A stretch of 64,000 nt of DNA from an uncultured virus (IMG/VR IMGVR_UViG_3300008110_000044) (taxonomy: Duplodnaviria; Heunggongvirae; Uroviricota; Caudoviricetes): the IMG/VR virus record IMGVR_UViG_3300008110_000044; one strand, 5' to 3'. Below are positions 56,283-64,000 of this stretch, piece by piece. How positions within the stretch are numbered: position 1 is the stretch's first letter; each line of letters starts with the position of its first letter. The position numbers and the translations under genes are program-made. The notes under the pieces were generated by a model. That model was not told the DNA's origin, searched no databases, and was given only the letters and a program-made list of their open reading frames with translations.

Positions 56283-56299
56283 TCTACAATATAATATAC
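56283..56299 (-). promoter_or_regulatory. Core of the putative late promoter, copy C
   Basis: - strand GTATATTATATTGTAGA, 16/17 identical to the copy A core, directly downstream of a terminator. Confidence 0.6.
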
Positions 56300-56319
56300 T
56301 GAATTTTTGGAACAAAAAC

Positions 56320-56349
56320 AAAAAACCACCCCGGGTTAGTAGGGTGGTC
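56320..56349 (-). terminator. Intrinsic terminator
   Basis: - strand ACCACCCT-ACTAACCC-GGGGTGGT followed by TTTTT. Confidence 0.8.
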
Positions 56350-56379
56350 TTAGATATATAGAAACCGTGAACGGACAGG

Positions 56380-56889
56380 TTAGATAGGCACTACCTTAGT
56401 TTCTTCAGTTTTAATAAGCTTGAAGAAAGTTACATAGTTCTCTCCAGTCTCAACCTTTTCAAAATCAGCCAGTTTAAAAGCAGTATATTCCAACTCTTTT
56501 TCTGTCTGAAGAAGCTCGTTGAACTCCTTCTCAAACTGCTGAAAATCAGGGTTTAACTTCTTTCGAGTAACTTCATTACCTTCAGAATCTGTATCTTTTA
56601 CAGGGTTTCCGTCAGCGTCAGTCTCGTCTACTACCATTGGGATAGAGATAGAACCACGCTCATCTTCTTTACCATACTTCTTAATAAGGTCATTCTTGAG
56701 TTCTTCAATAGAAGCTTTCTCAGCTGATACCTTCTTAGAAAGATCGGTCAACCAGTACTTGGTCACAAGAGATAATTTTTCTTGGAGTAAACCAGAGCTA
56801 ACCTTTTCACCGGTTTGCTGGTTTGTCATACCACTGAGTTCTGCCTCCAAATTGTAGAACTCATAGAGTTTTAATGAAATTTTTTCCAT
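56380..56889 (-). CDS. DUF1617-like acidic helical protein
   Basis: L...KYWL..L.K....E....E..K..LIKKYG...F.KEFNELL pattern. Confidence 0.55.
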   Translation of the reverse strand: MEKISLKLYEFYNLEAELSGMTNQQTGEKVSSGLLQEKLSLVTKYWLTDLSKKVSAEKASIEELKNDLIKKYGKEDERGSISIPMVVDETDADGNPVKDTDSEGNEVTRKKLNPDFQQFEKEFNELLQTEKELEYTAFKLADFEKVETGENYVTFFKLIKTEETKVVPI

Positions 56890-56968
56890 GGGTTTAAGAT
56901 TAATCTATTACGAATATAGTTACTTATACAATATTCGTACCAAATGACATATTAACAGGTGTTAATAA

Positions 56969-58504
56969 CTAAGCAAATCCACCACCACCTGGGCCAGGAC
57001 CTGTACAACCAGAACTATATAAATAAGCTGGACCGAAGTTCATACTATAAGCACAGAAGGTATCACCAGGCTGGAAGTAAATATATTGACTGTTACCGCT
57101 ACAGTCTGTATAAGATACATAACCGTAATCAGAAACTGAATATGTACTGCAAACTTGACAGTTTGGAGAGTTATATTCTACTGTTGTATATGTTCCACAA
57201 CTTCCATCTGCATAAACCCTATTCCAAGTTGAGCCATCACAGAATTGTTCTAAAAGAGTACCGTTTGCAGGACAAGACGCATTTCTCACATAAGTTACAG
57301 ATGAATATGGTCTTACATTAGTAACAGCATAAAAACTAGCTCCGTTGTCCCCCGAGACATACATAGCTCCTCTGACGCTATCATTATTAGCAGCATAGAT
57401 TGTTGCTGCATTTGAACTTACAGCAAGTCCTGTCCAAGATCCATTAACATTATTGTTATTAGGATATATACCTGTATAGCCCCAAGACCAAGACCAGTTG
57501 TTATAGTTTACAGCTCCACCAATAAAGTTCTTTATAATAAAACTAATATTACCATAAGCAGCTCCTGGTTCTATAGTAGCTACTGTATTATTGCCAAGAT
57601 TATCTGTAGCAATATTAGAAAAGTTAAATGGACTACTTATATTTCCTATACCAGGTACATTAATAGTAATTGGCACTTGAGCAAAAGTAGCTCCACTATC
57701 TGTTGATAAATAAAGATGCGAGTTATTTCCTGCTATCCAGATTACTGATCCACTAGCATTCATTGTAATAGACGTCCATGAAATACCTGACGTACCTGTA
57801 TTAGATTGTGTCCAACTATTACTTGCACTTATCTGTGAAAGTGATGACCTCCAAACTGTACCATCAGCAGCAATGGCTACCATAAGGGTTCCTGAAGTAT
57901 TCATAGCAACACCTTTCCAGTTTCTTATACCTGCACTTGTTGAGGCTCTAAAATTATCACCAGCCGGAAGTGGTTGAATATTATGATAAATATATGCAGA
58001 AGTACCTACTACTACATAATAACCATTTTGACTCATCGCAAGACAAGTTGGGTTATGTGTACCAGATATACCATTTGATATATTATTAAAAGTTGCTCCT
58101 GAATCTGTAGAAAGCTCTACTTTTCCACCACCTTCGGGTATAACAAGATTTCTAATAGCTACTATATAACTACCAGTACTATTAGATTTAATATCTATCC
58201 AATCTCTACCTAATGTATAAAAAGGATTAAAGCCTGTGCTATTTTCACCTCTTGATGCTTCAATTATTCCTGTACCGTATCCAGATGTCGTAGCTAAAAC
58301 ACTACCAGGACCTATTGGACAAATGTTATTAATTGAAGAAACTAGACCATTGCTAACTGTAATATAGTTACTACCTTGTGTAAGATAGTTAAAGGAAGAA
58401 TATATACCATTTGGTGCTGCAGTAGTCCTTTCAGGATCTGTCCAAACAGGACATCCCACATTAAGAGTAGAACAGTAAGAAAATAATATTGCGTTACTTG
58501 CCAT
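56969..58504 (-). CDS. BNR/Asp-box beta-propeller receptor-binding-like protein
   Basis: Asp-box repeats STDSGATF (twice) and SGDNGASF; W..VAM/ITM..SG blade repeats; Cys-rich termini. Confidence 0.75.
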   Translation of the reverse strand: MASNAILFSYCSTLNVGCPVWTDPERTTAAPNGIYSSFNYLTQGSNYITVSNGLVSSINNICPIGPGSVLATTSGYGTGIIEASRGENSTGFNPFYTLGRDWIDIKSNSTGSYIVAIRNLVIPEGGGKVELSTDSGATFNNISNGISGTHNPTCLAMSQNGYYVVVGTSAYIYHNIQPLPAGDNFRASTSAGIRNWKGVAMNTSGTLMVAIAADGTVWRSSLSQISASNSWTQSNTGTSGISWTSITMNASGSVIWIAGNNSHLYLSTDSGATFAQVPITINVPGIGNISSPFNFSNIATDNLGNNTVATIEPGAAYGNISFIIKNFIGGAVNYNNWSWSWGYTGIYPNNNNVNGSWTGLAVSSNAATIYAANNDSVRGAMYVSGDNGASFYAVTNVRPYSSVTYVRNASCPANGTLLEQFCDGSTWNRVYADGSCGTYTTVEYNSPNCQVCSTYSVSDYGYVSYTDCSGNSQYIYFQPGDTFCAYSMNFGPAYLYSSGCTGPGPGGGGFA

Positions 58505-58507
58505 ATT

Positions 58508-59275
58508 TTAACATTGTATACATCCACAGTTACCGTCACCACCACAAGCGTAATAAGCATTATTTACATCATAACAGTTGTCATAAGTATATGCTATTAA
58601 AGAATATGCTTTAACAACATAAGTAGTATTGTACTGAACTGTAAATGTATGACTTAAACTTTGTAAGTTAGGACCATTATAAGGATACTTCCATAATGTC
58701 TGATTAGTAATTAGTGTACCATTAGCGTATATTTGAAGCTTACCTATACCAGGTGCTTCCCATCCCCATGTAGATCCTTCTGGAGCATTGAGTCCAAAGT
58801 TTGCTTGTACAAGAACATTATTACCTACTTTTATAGAAGAACTCATTTGTGGACTATATTGTGGTCCTCCAAAAAACATACCATCTAAATTATTAGTAGG
58901 ATCTAGTCTAAGAATATTACCATTTACATAACCAAATAGATCACAGTTAAGATAGGGATTACCTTCTTGATTCATCTCAAAAGTTATAGAACTTGACCTA
59001 ATAGCATTAATCTGCTCATATTTAGGCAGCCAATTTGGAGAAGGTCCTATTACACCAAAACCATTCTCGTCTGTATAGTTATATAAAGGAAGATAATTCT
59101 CTCCGGCTGGTGTACCCGTAGGACCAGCATATACCCAGACTCTGTCATTTATTTCTTTGCCTGTAAGACAACGATTAGTATTAGGGATACTCTGTCCGGC
59201 TTTTATGGCTAGGAGTTTATCATTAACCATGCCTTGAAGCTCTTGTCCTGTGACAGCAAAACCATTACTTCTCAT
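58508..59275 (-). CDS. Tail-fibre-tip associated protein
   Basis: Overlaps the end of the S74-chaperone fibre gene; beta-rich with a Cys-rich C-terminus. Confidence 0.55.
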   Translation of the reverse strand: MRSNGFAVTGQELQGMVNDKLLAIKAGQSIPNTNRCLTGKEINDRVWVYAGPTGTPAGENYLPLYNYTDENGFGVIGPSPNWLPKYEQINAIRSSSITFEMNQEGNPYLNCDLFGYVNGNILRLDPTNNLDGMFFGGPQYSPQMSSSIKVGNNVLVQANFGLNAPEGSTWGWEAPGIGKLQIYANGTLITNQTLWKYPYNGPNLQSLSHTFTVQYNTTYVVKAYSLIAYTYDNCYDVNNAYYACGGDGNCGCIQC

Positions 59276-62200
59276 CTTCTAGCTGTTTTATTCTGGCTTC
59301 TAATTCCTGTACAGCTTTAATCAAAAGACCTATAGTGCTATTAGCATCCATTACATTTTTGTCTTTTGTAGAAAGTTCTACAGGAGTGTCTTCCGCAATA
59401 AAACCTATGCGTCTGTTTTCCAGATCTGTTTTATAATAAAAGGAAACTACATTTGTTCTTTTCAGAATATCTAATGCTGATTCTGTGTAAGGGTTAACAT
59501 CTGTCTTTAGTAATCTACTAGAAGACTGAAAGAAACCAGCAGCTGTTAAGTTAGCACTAGCATCTCTTAGAGCAATAGTGTCAGCAGTTGAAGCTGTAGT
59601 AATTGTTTTAGTTACACTAAAGGTTGTACCACTAAGTGTCAATCCTGCCCCAGCTGAATAAGTTGTATTAGTATCTGTATCAGCATCGTCACGCCATCCA
59701 GGATTACCATTAGCATCTGTCTTCCAAACTTTATTGGCTATTGCTCCAGGAGCTGTTACATATCCATCTTGTGTTTTAGTATTAGCCTGCCAAGTATTAG
59801 TGTCAGTATCTGCGTCATCTCTCCAACCTGGATTACCAGCACTATCAGTCTTCCATACTTTGTTTGCTACAGCACCTGGTGCTGAAACATAACCGGCAGC
59901 ATCTTTTGTATTGGCTACCCAAGTATCTGTATCTGCATCTGTTCTCCAACCAGGTACTCCATCAGCATCAGTTTTCCAAACCTTACTTGCGTTACCAGTA
60001 CCTTTAGTTACATAACCATCATTATCTTTAGTATTTGCTTGCCAAGTGTTCGTATCTATATCAGCACCCCACACCGCTGTACCATCTGCTGACCATCTAA
60101 GTATTTCACCAGCTGCTCCACCAGCAGGAATATGTTTATTACCAGCTGTTGTTGGATGCACATAAACAGTATCTGTGTCTGCATCATCACGCCATGCTGG
60201 TGCACCAGTTCCATCTGTCTTCCATACCTTATTTGCATTACCTGTACCTGCTGCTACATAGCCAGCATTATCTTTACTATTAGCAACCCATGTATTATTA
60301 TCAGCTGCCCATGTACCATCCGCTCTTAAAAACTTTGCCTGATCTCCTGCCGCAGGCCCTGGAACAAGACCACTAGACCCCGCTGCACCTGCTGATGCTC
60401 CGCCAAATACAGAATAAGTAGTACCTACTGGAATACCCCATGTACCATTACCTTGTAAAAATCTACTCTGTTGACCTGCAGCTGGTGCTGGTACAAAACC
60501 TATTGACCCAGCAGCATCAGCTGTTGCACCACCAAAAACACTAGTTATTAAAGCTACCCAAGTAGCATCCCCTCTAAGAAATCTACCTTGCTGCCCAGCT
60601 GCAGGGCCTGGTACTAATCCAGATGTACCTGCATCATTTGCAGTAGCTGCACCAAAAACACTATAAGTGGTGTCAGCATCTACTCTCCAAGCTGGATTAC
60701 CGTTTGCATCAGTTTTCCATACTCTATTAGCTACTGCACCTGGAGCAGCAACATATCCTGCATCATCTTTGGTATTAGCTATCCAGGTGTTTGTATCTGT
60801 AGGTGTAACCCAAGTACCATCACCACGTAAAAACTTTGCATTATCAGCTAGAACTGCTGGAGCTGGCACCAAACCATTTACTCCTGCAGTTACTACACCA
60901 CCTGGGTTAGTAGCTGCTGTAAATACCGCATAAGTTGTGTCACTAGAAACAAACTGGAATACCCCAGCAGTGGTTTCTGTAATAGCAACATTTGTACCTG
61001 CACGTAGTGTGATATTTCCTGTTCTATACGTTGTGCCACCGGTTGTACCATCAGCATCTATTCTTCTGATCTGAGTTATAGTATCAGTATCTACATAAGT
61101 AGAATTAATTGTTATCTCATCACCAGATCTTCCTAAAGTTACATTAGTACCTGCAACAAGAGTAACATCATCTGTAGTACTATCTGACCCAGTAAGTCTT
61201 ATTACTTTCTTTCCTGTTGTACCATCTGCTGCACTAACTGAGTAAGTAGTATTTGTATCTGTAAAAGAAGAAGCTATTTGATATACTCCTGCTACAGGTT
61301 CTGTAATAGTAACATTGTTTCCAGGTCTTAAAGTAAGATCCCCGCTTCTATAGGTACTAGGATTAGTAGCTCCATCTGAATCTACTCTTCTTAATCTTGT
61401 TACCGTGTTTGTATCTATGTAAGAAGAAGCAATAGTTATTTCTGTGGCACTAGTTCTTGTAATAGTAACATTATCACCAGCTGTTAAAGTAATATCTGAG
61501 TTTACAGCATCACTTCCAGATAGTCTAATCTTTGTTGTAGCATTAGGAACAGTAAGAGAGTAATTAGTATTAGTATCTGTGTAACTAGAAGAAAGTACAC
61601 CATTTGCATCAATAGAAAGGTTTGTACCAACTTTGATACCCCCAAGCACTGAGGCTGAGGCAGTTGGTAAAACATAACTATTACCTGCTGATAGAATTCC
61701 GTCTGCGTCTATAGATAAGTTGGCACCTACTTTAATACCTCCTAATACAGAAGCAGAGGCTTTTGGCAAAGTATAAATAGGTAAGGTTTGCCAAGTTTTA
61801 TCACCTCTCCAATATTGTGCTGTAGTTCCTGCAGTAATAGCAGGTTCTTTAGTACCTATCAAAGTTGTAATGGTTGTGGCAAAATTAGCATCATCACCTA
61901 AAGCAGCTGCCAACTCATTAAGAGTATTAAGAGTTGTTGGGGCAGAGTCTACTAGATTAGCTACTTGTGTAGTAACATATGTTTCTGTGGCATAACCTGT
62001 AAGATCTGTAGAGTAATTAGGTATATTCAATACTCCGTTTACATATGTAGCGGCACCGTTTGTTCCAGTAGTTGTAATACTAATAGCAGCTCTTGCTCTA
62101 GCTGTTGTAAAGTAAAGGTTACCACTTTCCGTTATCTGACTAGTCAGATAGTCTCCTGTCTGACTAGTTACTGCACCAATTCTTCCAAATACAGAAGTTA

Positions 62201-62372
62201 CCGCACTTTCTGACGCGGTAAGCTGATCTACAGTAGCAGTAGATATCTGACCATCTGGACCAGCTACTAATACGGTTGTACTAGTGCCAGGTATAGTAGG
62301 TATATTTTTTAGATATACCCCTGACGGTAGATGCAGATTATACTGACCATCTATATTAAAGAAGTTATCCAT
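59265..62372 (-). CDS. Long tail fibre with internal repeats and C-terminal intramolecular chaperone (peptidase S74-like)
   Basis: VTSVFGRIGAV, LNTLNELAAALGDD, four repeat families, SSRLLK...IGFIAED...LLIKAVQEL; ATG at 62372 preferred over the listed TTG. Confidence 0.88.
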   Translation of the reverse strand: MDNFFNIDGQYNLHLPSGVYLKNIPTIPGTSTTVLVAGPDGQISTATVDQLTASESAVTSVFGRIGAVTSQTGDYLTSQITESGNLYFTTARARAAISITTTGTNGAATYVNGVLNIPNYSTDLTGYATETYVTTQVANLVDSAPTTLNTLNELAAALGDDANFATTITTLIGTKEPAITAGTTAQYWRGDKTWQTLPIYTLPKASASVLGGIKVGANLSIDADGILSAGNSYVLPTASASVLGGIKVGTNLSIDANGVLSSSYTDTNTNYSLTVPNATTKIRLSGSDAVNSDITLTAGDNVTITRTSATEITIASSYIDTNTVTRLRRVDSDGATNPSTYRSGDLTLRPGNNVTITEPVAGVYQIASSFTDTNTTYSVSAADGTTGKKVIRLTGSDSTTDDVTLVAGTNVTLGRSGDEITINSTYVDTDTITQIRRIDADGTTGGTTYRTGNITLRAGTNVAITETTAGVFQFVSSDTTYAVFTAATNPGGVVTAGVNGLVPAPAVLADNAKFLRGDGTWVTPTDTNTWIANTKDDAGYVAAPGAVANRVWKTDANGNPAWRVDADTTYSVFGAATANDAGTSGLVPGPAAGQQGRFLRGDATWVALITSVFGGATADAAGSIGFVPAPAAGQQSRFLQGNGTWGIPVGTTYSVFGGASAGAAGSSGLVPGPAAGDQAKFLRADGTWAADNNTWVANSKDNAGYVAAGTGNANKVWKTDGTGAPAWRDDADTDTVYVHPTTAGNKHIPAGGAAGEILRWSADGTAVWGADIDTNTWQANTKDNDGYVTKGTGNASKVWKTDADGVPGWRTDADTDTWVANTKDAAGYVSAPGAVANKVWKTDSAGNPGWRDDADTDTNTWQANTKTQDGYVTAPGAIANKVWKTDANGNPGWRDDADTDTNTTYSAGAGLTLSGTTFSVTKTITTASTADTIALRDASANLTAAGFFQSSSRLLKTDVNPYTESALDILKRTNVVSFYYKTDLENRRIGFIAEDTPVELSTKDKNVMDANSTIGLLIKAVQELEARIKQLEDEK
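59670..61775 (-). repeat. Degenerate coding repeats within the tail fibre
   Basis: 2x LPxASASVLGGIKVGxNLSID; 2x ~100-aa IRL.GSD...TYR.G..TLR unit; 4x G(L/F)VPxPA...FL.....TW; 5x TWxANxK...GYV...VWKTD..G.P.WR.DAD. Confidence 0.9.
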
Positions 62373-62384
62373 CAAAGAATTTTA

Positions 62385-62567
62385 TTAATGTACTGGTGGT
62401 CTATCAGGTGCAACAATAGTATCATAAGGATTAGATACTGTATTTAGAATACGGTAATTACCAATACTTGTTGCGGGTGTAAATGTAGCCAAAGAGATAA
62501 CTGTATAAGCTATCAAAAGTGCTACAATAAATCTAATAGATTGTCTGTAAGAAATTGTGTAAGTCAT
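62385..62567 (-). CDS. Small membrane protein, 60 aa
   Basis: Fills the gap between two tail genes; hydrophobic FIVALLIAYTVISLATF. Confidence 0.5.
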   Translation of the reverse strand: MTYTISYRQSIRFIVALLIAYTVISLATFTPATSIGNYRILNTVSNPYDTIVAPDRPPVH

Positions 62568-62577
62568 ATATTATAGT

Positions 62578-63438
62578 TTATGATGGTGTTCTACCTTGTA
62601 AAGCTGCTCCAATAGTACTAAGATCTCCAGTTGATAAATAAGAATTATATATTGCTACATAACTAAAGTCTGCATTTATCCAGTTGTTATAACGTAATCC
62701 TAAAAAGAATCCCCAACCACTAAGACCTGTTATACTACAAGAAGTAGAAGCTCCTGCTCCTGAATAAAGCGTTGAGTTTTTATATACATGAACTTGTTGG
62801 GAAGTTCCGTTAGATCTTAAAAAATAAGTTGACCATGCTCCTATGCCTGTATTAGAAGGATAGTTTAAATAATCAAATCCATTGCTTCCACAGTTAAGAT
62901 CTCTCCATACTGAAGATCTACTATTATCTCCATCTAAGTACCATGATAGACCTTGAGTGTCACTACCATGACCAAGTATACCAGGATAGTTACCATTATA
63001 AGAATAACCTTTAGGTTTCATATGTACTACAAAAGTAAAAGATGCAGTACCTGTTGGTTTAAGAGCATCTGGTATTCTTACTGAAAGTTGAGCACTAGAT
63101 CCAGGTAAATTAAGAAATCCAGATCCACTATACCCACTAACTGTTGTAGCAGATCCATTACCAGTACCTGTACTAAAGGTTCCATTATTACCATTACCGC
63201 TAAGATCCGCTATACTTGTTCCACTATTAGAATAGTAACTAGTTCTTGAAAAGTCAAAAATAAGCTGGGGAGAACCATAAATATAAGCTCCAGTACCAGT
63301 ATAACCATAGAACTCACTCATAGCATCTGGTGTAGATTTACCAGCTGCAGCACTAAGTGTTCTCAGACTATATGAACTACTGCCTAGTTCTGTTTTAATT
63401 TGACTTATGCTTATAGCACCACTACTTTGTAAGGCCAT
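62578..63438 (-). CDS. Fibre-tip adhesin with ConA/LamG-like lectin domain
   Basis: MALQSSGAISISQI...MSEFYG N-terminal module usually found after S74 fibres; DLSGNGNNGT...VAIYNSYLS LamG-like domain. Confidence 0.75.
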   Translation of the reverse strand: MALQSSGAISISQIKTELGSSSYSLRTLSAAAGKSTPDAMSEFYGYTGTGAYIYGSPQLIFDFSRTSYYSNSGTSIADLSGNGNNGTFSTGTGNGSATTVSGYSGSGFLNLPGSSAQLSVRIPDALKPTGTASFTFVVHMKPKGYSYNGNYPGILGHGSDTQGLSWYLDGDNSRSSVWRDLNCGSNGFDYLNYPSNTGIGAWSTYFLRSNGTSQQVHVYKNSTLYSGAGASTSCSITGLSGWGFFLGLRYNNWINADFSYVAIYNSYLSTGDLSTIGAALQGRTPS

Positions 63439-64000
63439 CTAATTTATTTTTAAGTTCTTCAATTTGTTTCTGTTGTTCTTTAACGGCTTCAATCAATACT
63501 GCAGTAAGACCTTGATATCTTACTGACATGAATCCATCATCATTAGTTCTAGCCAACTCAGGCAGTACTTTTTGCACCTCTTGGGCAATCACACCTACGT
63601 CCTCTTTAATATTAGCAAGGGGATCTATAGTATTCCAGTCAAATCTATAACCAGTAAGACTCATAACTTTTGAAAGAGCATTAGGAATTATTTCCTTAAC
63701 TTTCTTTAGTCTAGCATCAGAAGGAGAACCATAAGCCACAACATCACCACTAGATGTAAGAGTACCAGATGCATTTATTTCAAGTCTTATTGAACTATTT
63801 ACACTAAATAATAATTTATCACTAGAACCATTATGGGTATATGCTATACGACCTACTATAGCATTATCAGAAGTATTAACAAAATGCAAACCTTGGTCAT
63901 ATCCGTCTGGACTAGAAAACAACAAATAAGCATGACTATTTCTAGTGATATGAACAACATTATTCATATCACTTGTTGTATAACTTGCACTACCACTATT
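63422..64000 (-). CDS. 5'-truncated tail fibre with peptidase S74-like chaperone
   Basis: Frame open to the window edge; SDARLK...GVIAQEVQKVLPE...VRYQGL..VLIEAVKEQQ. Confidence 0.88.
   Translation of the reverse strand, partial: NSGSASYTTSDMNNVVHITRNSHAYLLFSSPDGYDQGLHFVNTSDNAIVGRIAYTHNGSSDKLLFSVNSSIRLEINASGTLTSSGDVVAYGSPSDARLKKVKEIIPNALSKVMSLTGYRFDWNTIDPLANIKEDVGVIAQEVQKVLPELARTNDDGFMSVRYQGLTAVLIEAVKEQQKQIEELKNKLDGLTK

Noticed and set aside
59670..60935. Repeat array as a CRISPR array or diversity-generating retroelement
   Set aside because: The repeats are in-frame protein repeats with scattered divergence. I saw no constant repeat-spacer structure, no adenine-specific template/variable pair and no reverse transcriptase in the window.
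903..62213. Short ORFs in the track that are antisense to or nested in long genes (e.g. 903-1118, 2327-2554, 4745-5143, 17858-18076, 36025-38844 on +, 49958-50182, 56959-57321, 60667-60933)
   Set aside because: They lie within or against well-supported genes or span terminators, and show no recognisable motifs; treated as shadow ORFs.
1..64000. Stop-codon reassignment, as seen in some crAss-like phages
   Set aside because: Genes up to 8.3 kb are uninterrupted under code 11, coding density is high, and both TAG (3005) and TGA (8344, 8960, 9637) act as stops at gene overlaps.
1..64000. tRNA or rRNA genes
   Set aside because: Intergenic gaps are short and I found no cloverleaf or T-loop signature by eye; a tRNAscan-SE run would settle it.
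46437..64000. Major capsid, portal or terminase genes
   Set aside because: No recognisable motifs in this window; they probably lie beyond the right edge.

Overview
The window is part of a lytic, crAss-like (Crassvirales-related) tailed phage that very likely infects a Bacteroidota host. Host evidence: a TTTG-N21-TAnnTTTG promoter and AT-rich start regions without Shine-Dalgarno sites. The standard genetic code fits. Two convergent arms meet at a hairpin terminator near 14.9 kb. The + arm (1-14893) carries replication and accessory genes: a probable SSB, DnaG primase, GIY-YIG nuclease, PD-(D/E)XK exonuclease, family-B DNA polymerase, DUF932-like protein, dNMP kinase, SPL-like radical SAM enzyme, phosphoesterases and many small ORFs. 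The - arm (14905-64000) carries virion genes: tail fibres with S74-type chaperones, Cys-rich Ig/FN3/beta-propeller tail proteins, IHF-like, ring/tubular and stabilisation proteins, modular cargo proteins, and three giant probably ejected proteins including a 2772-aa two-barrel virion RNA polymerase (DFDVD). Main observations: (1) the three giant proteins (5912 aa in total) have only four cysteines by my reading, all at the adjoining termini, which suggests head-to-tail covalent chaining; (2) an 878-aa cargo protein is built of small modules separated by about 13 xxxGG motifs and looks like a Gly-Gly-processed polyprotein; (3) a ~58-bp element recurs upstream of late genes; (4) a 28-bp direct repeat brackets a small gene that contains an assembly gap. 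All family assignments come from motif recognition by eye; no database searches were run.
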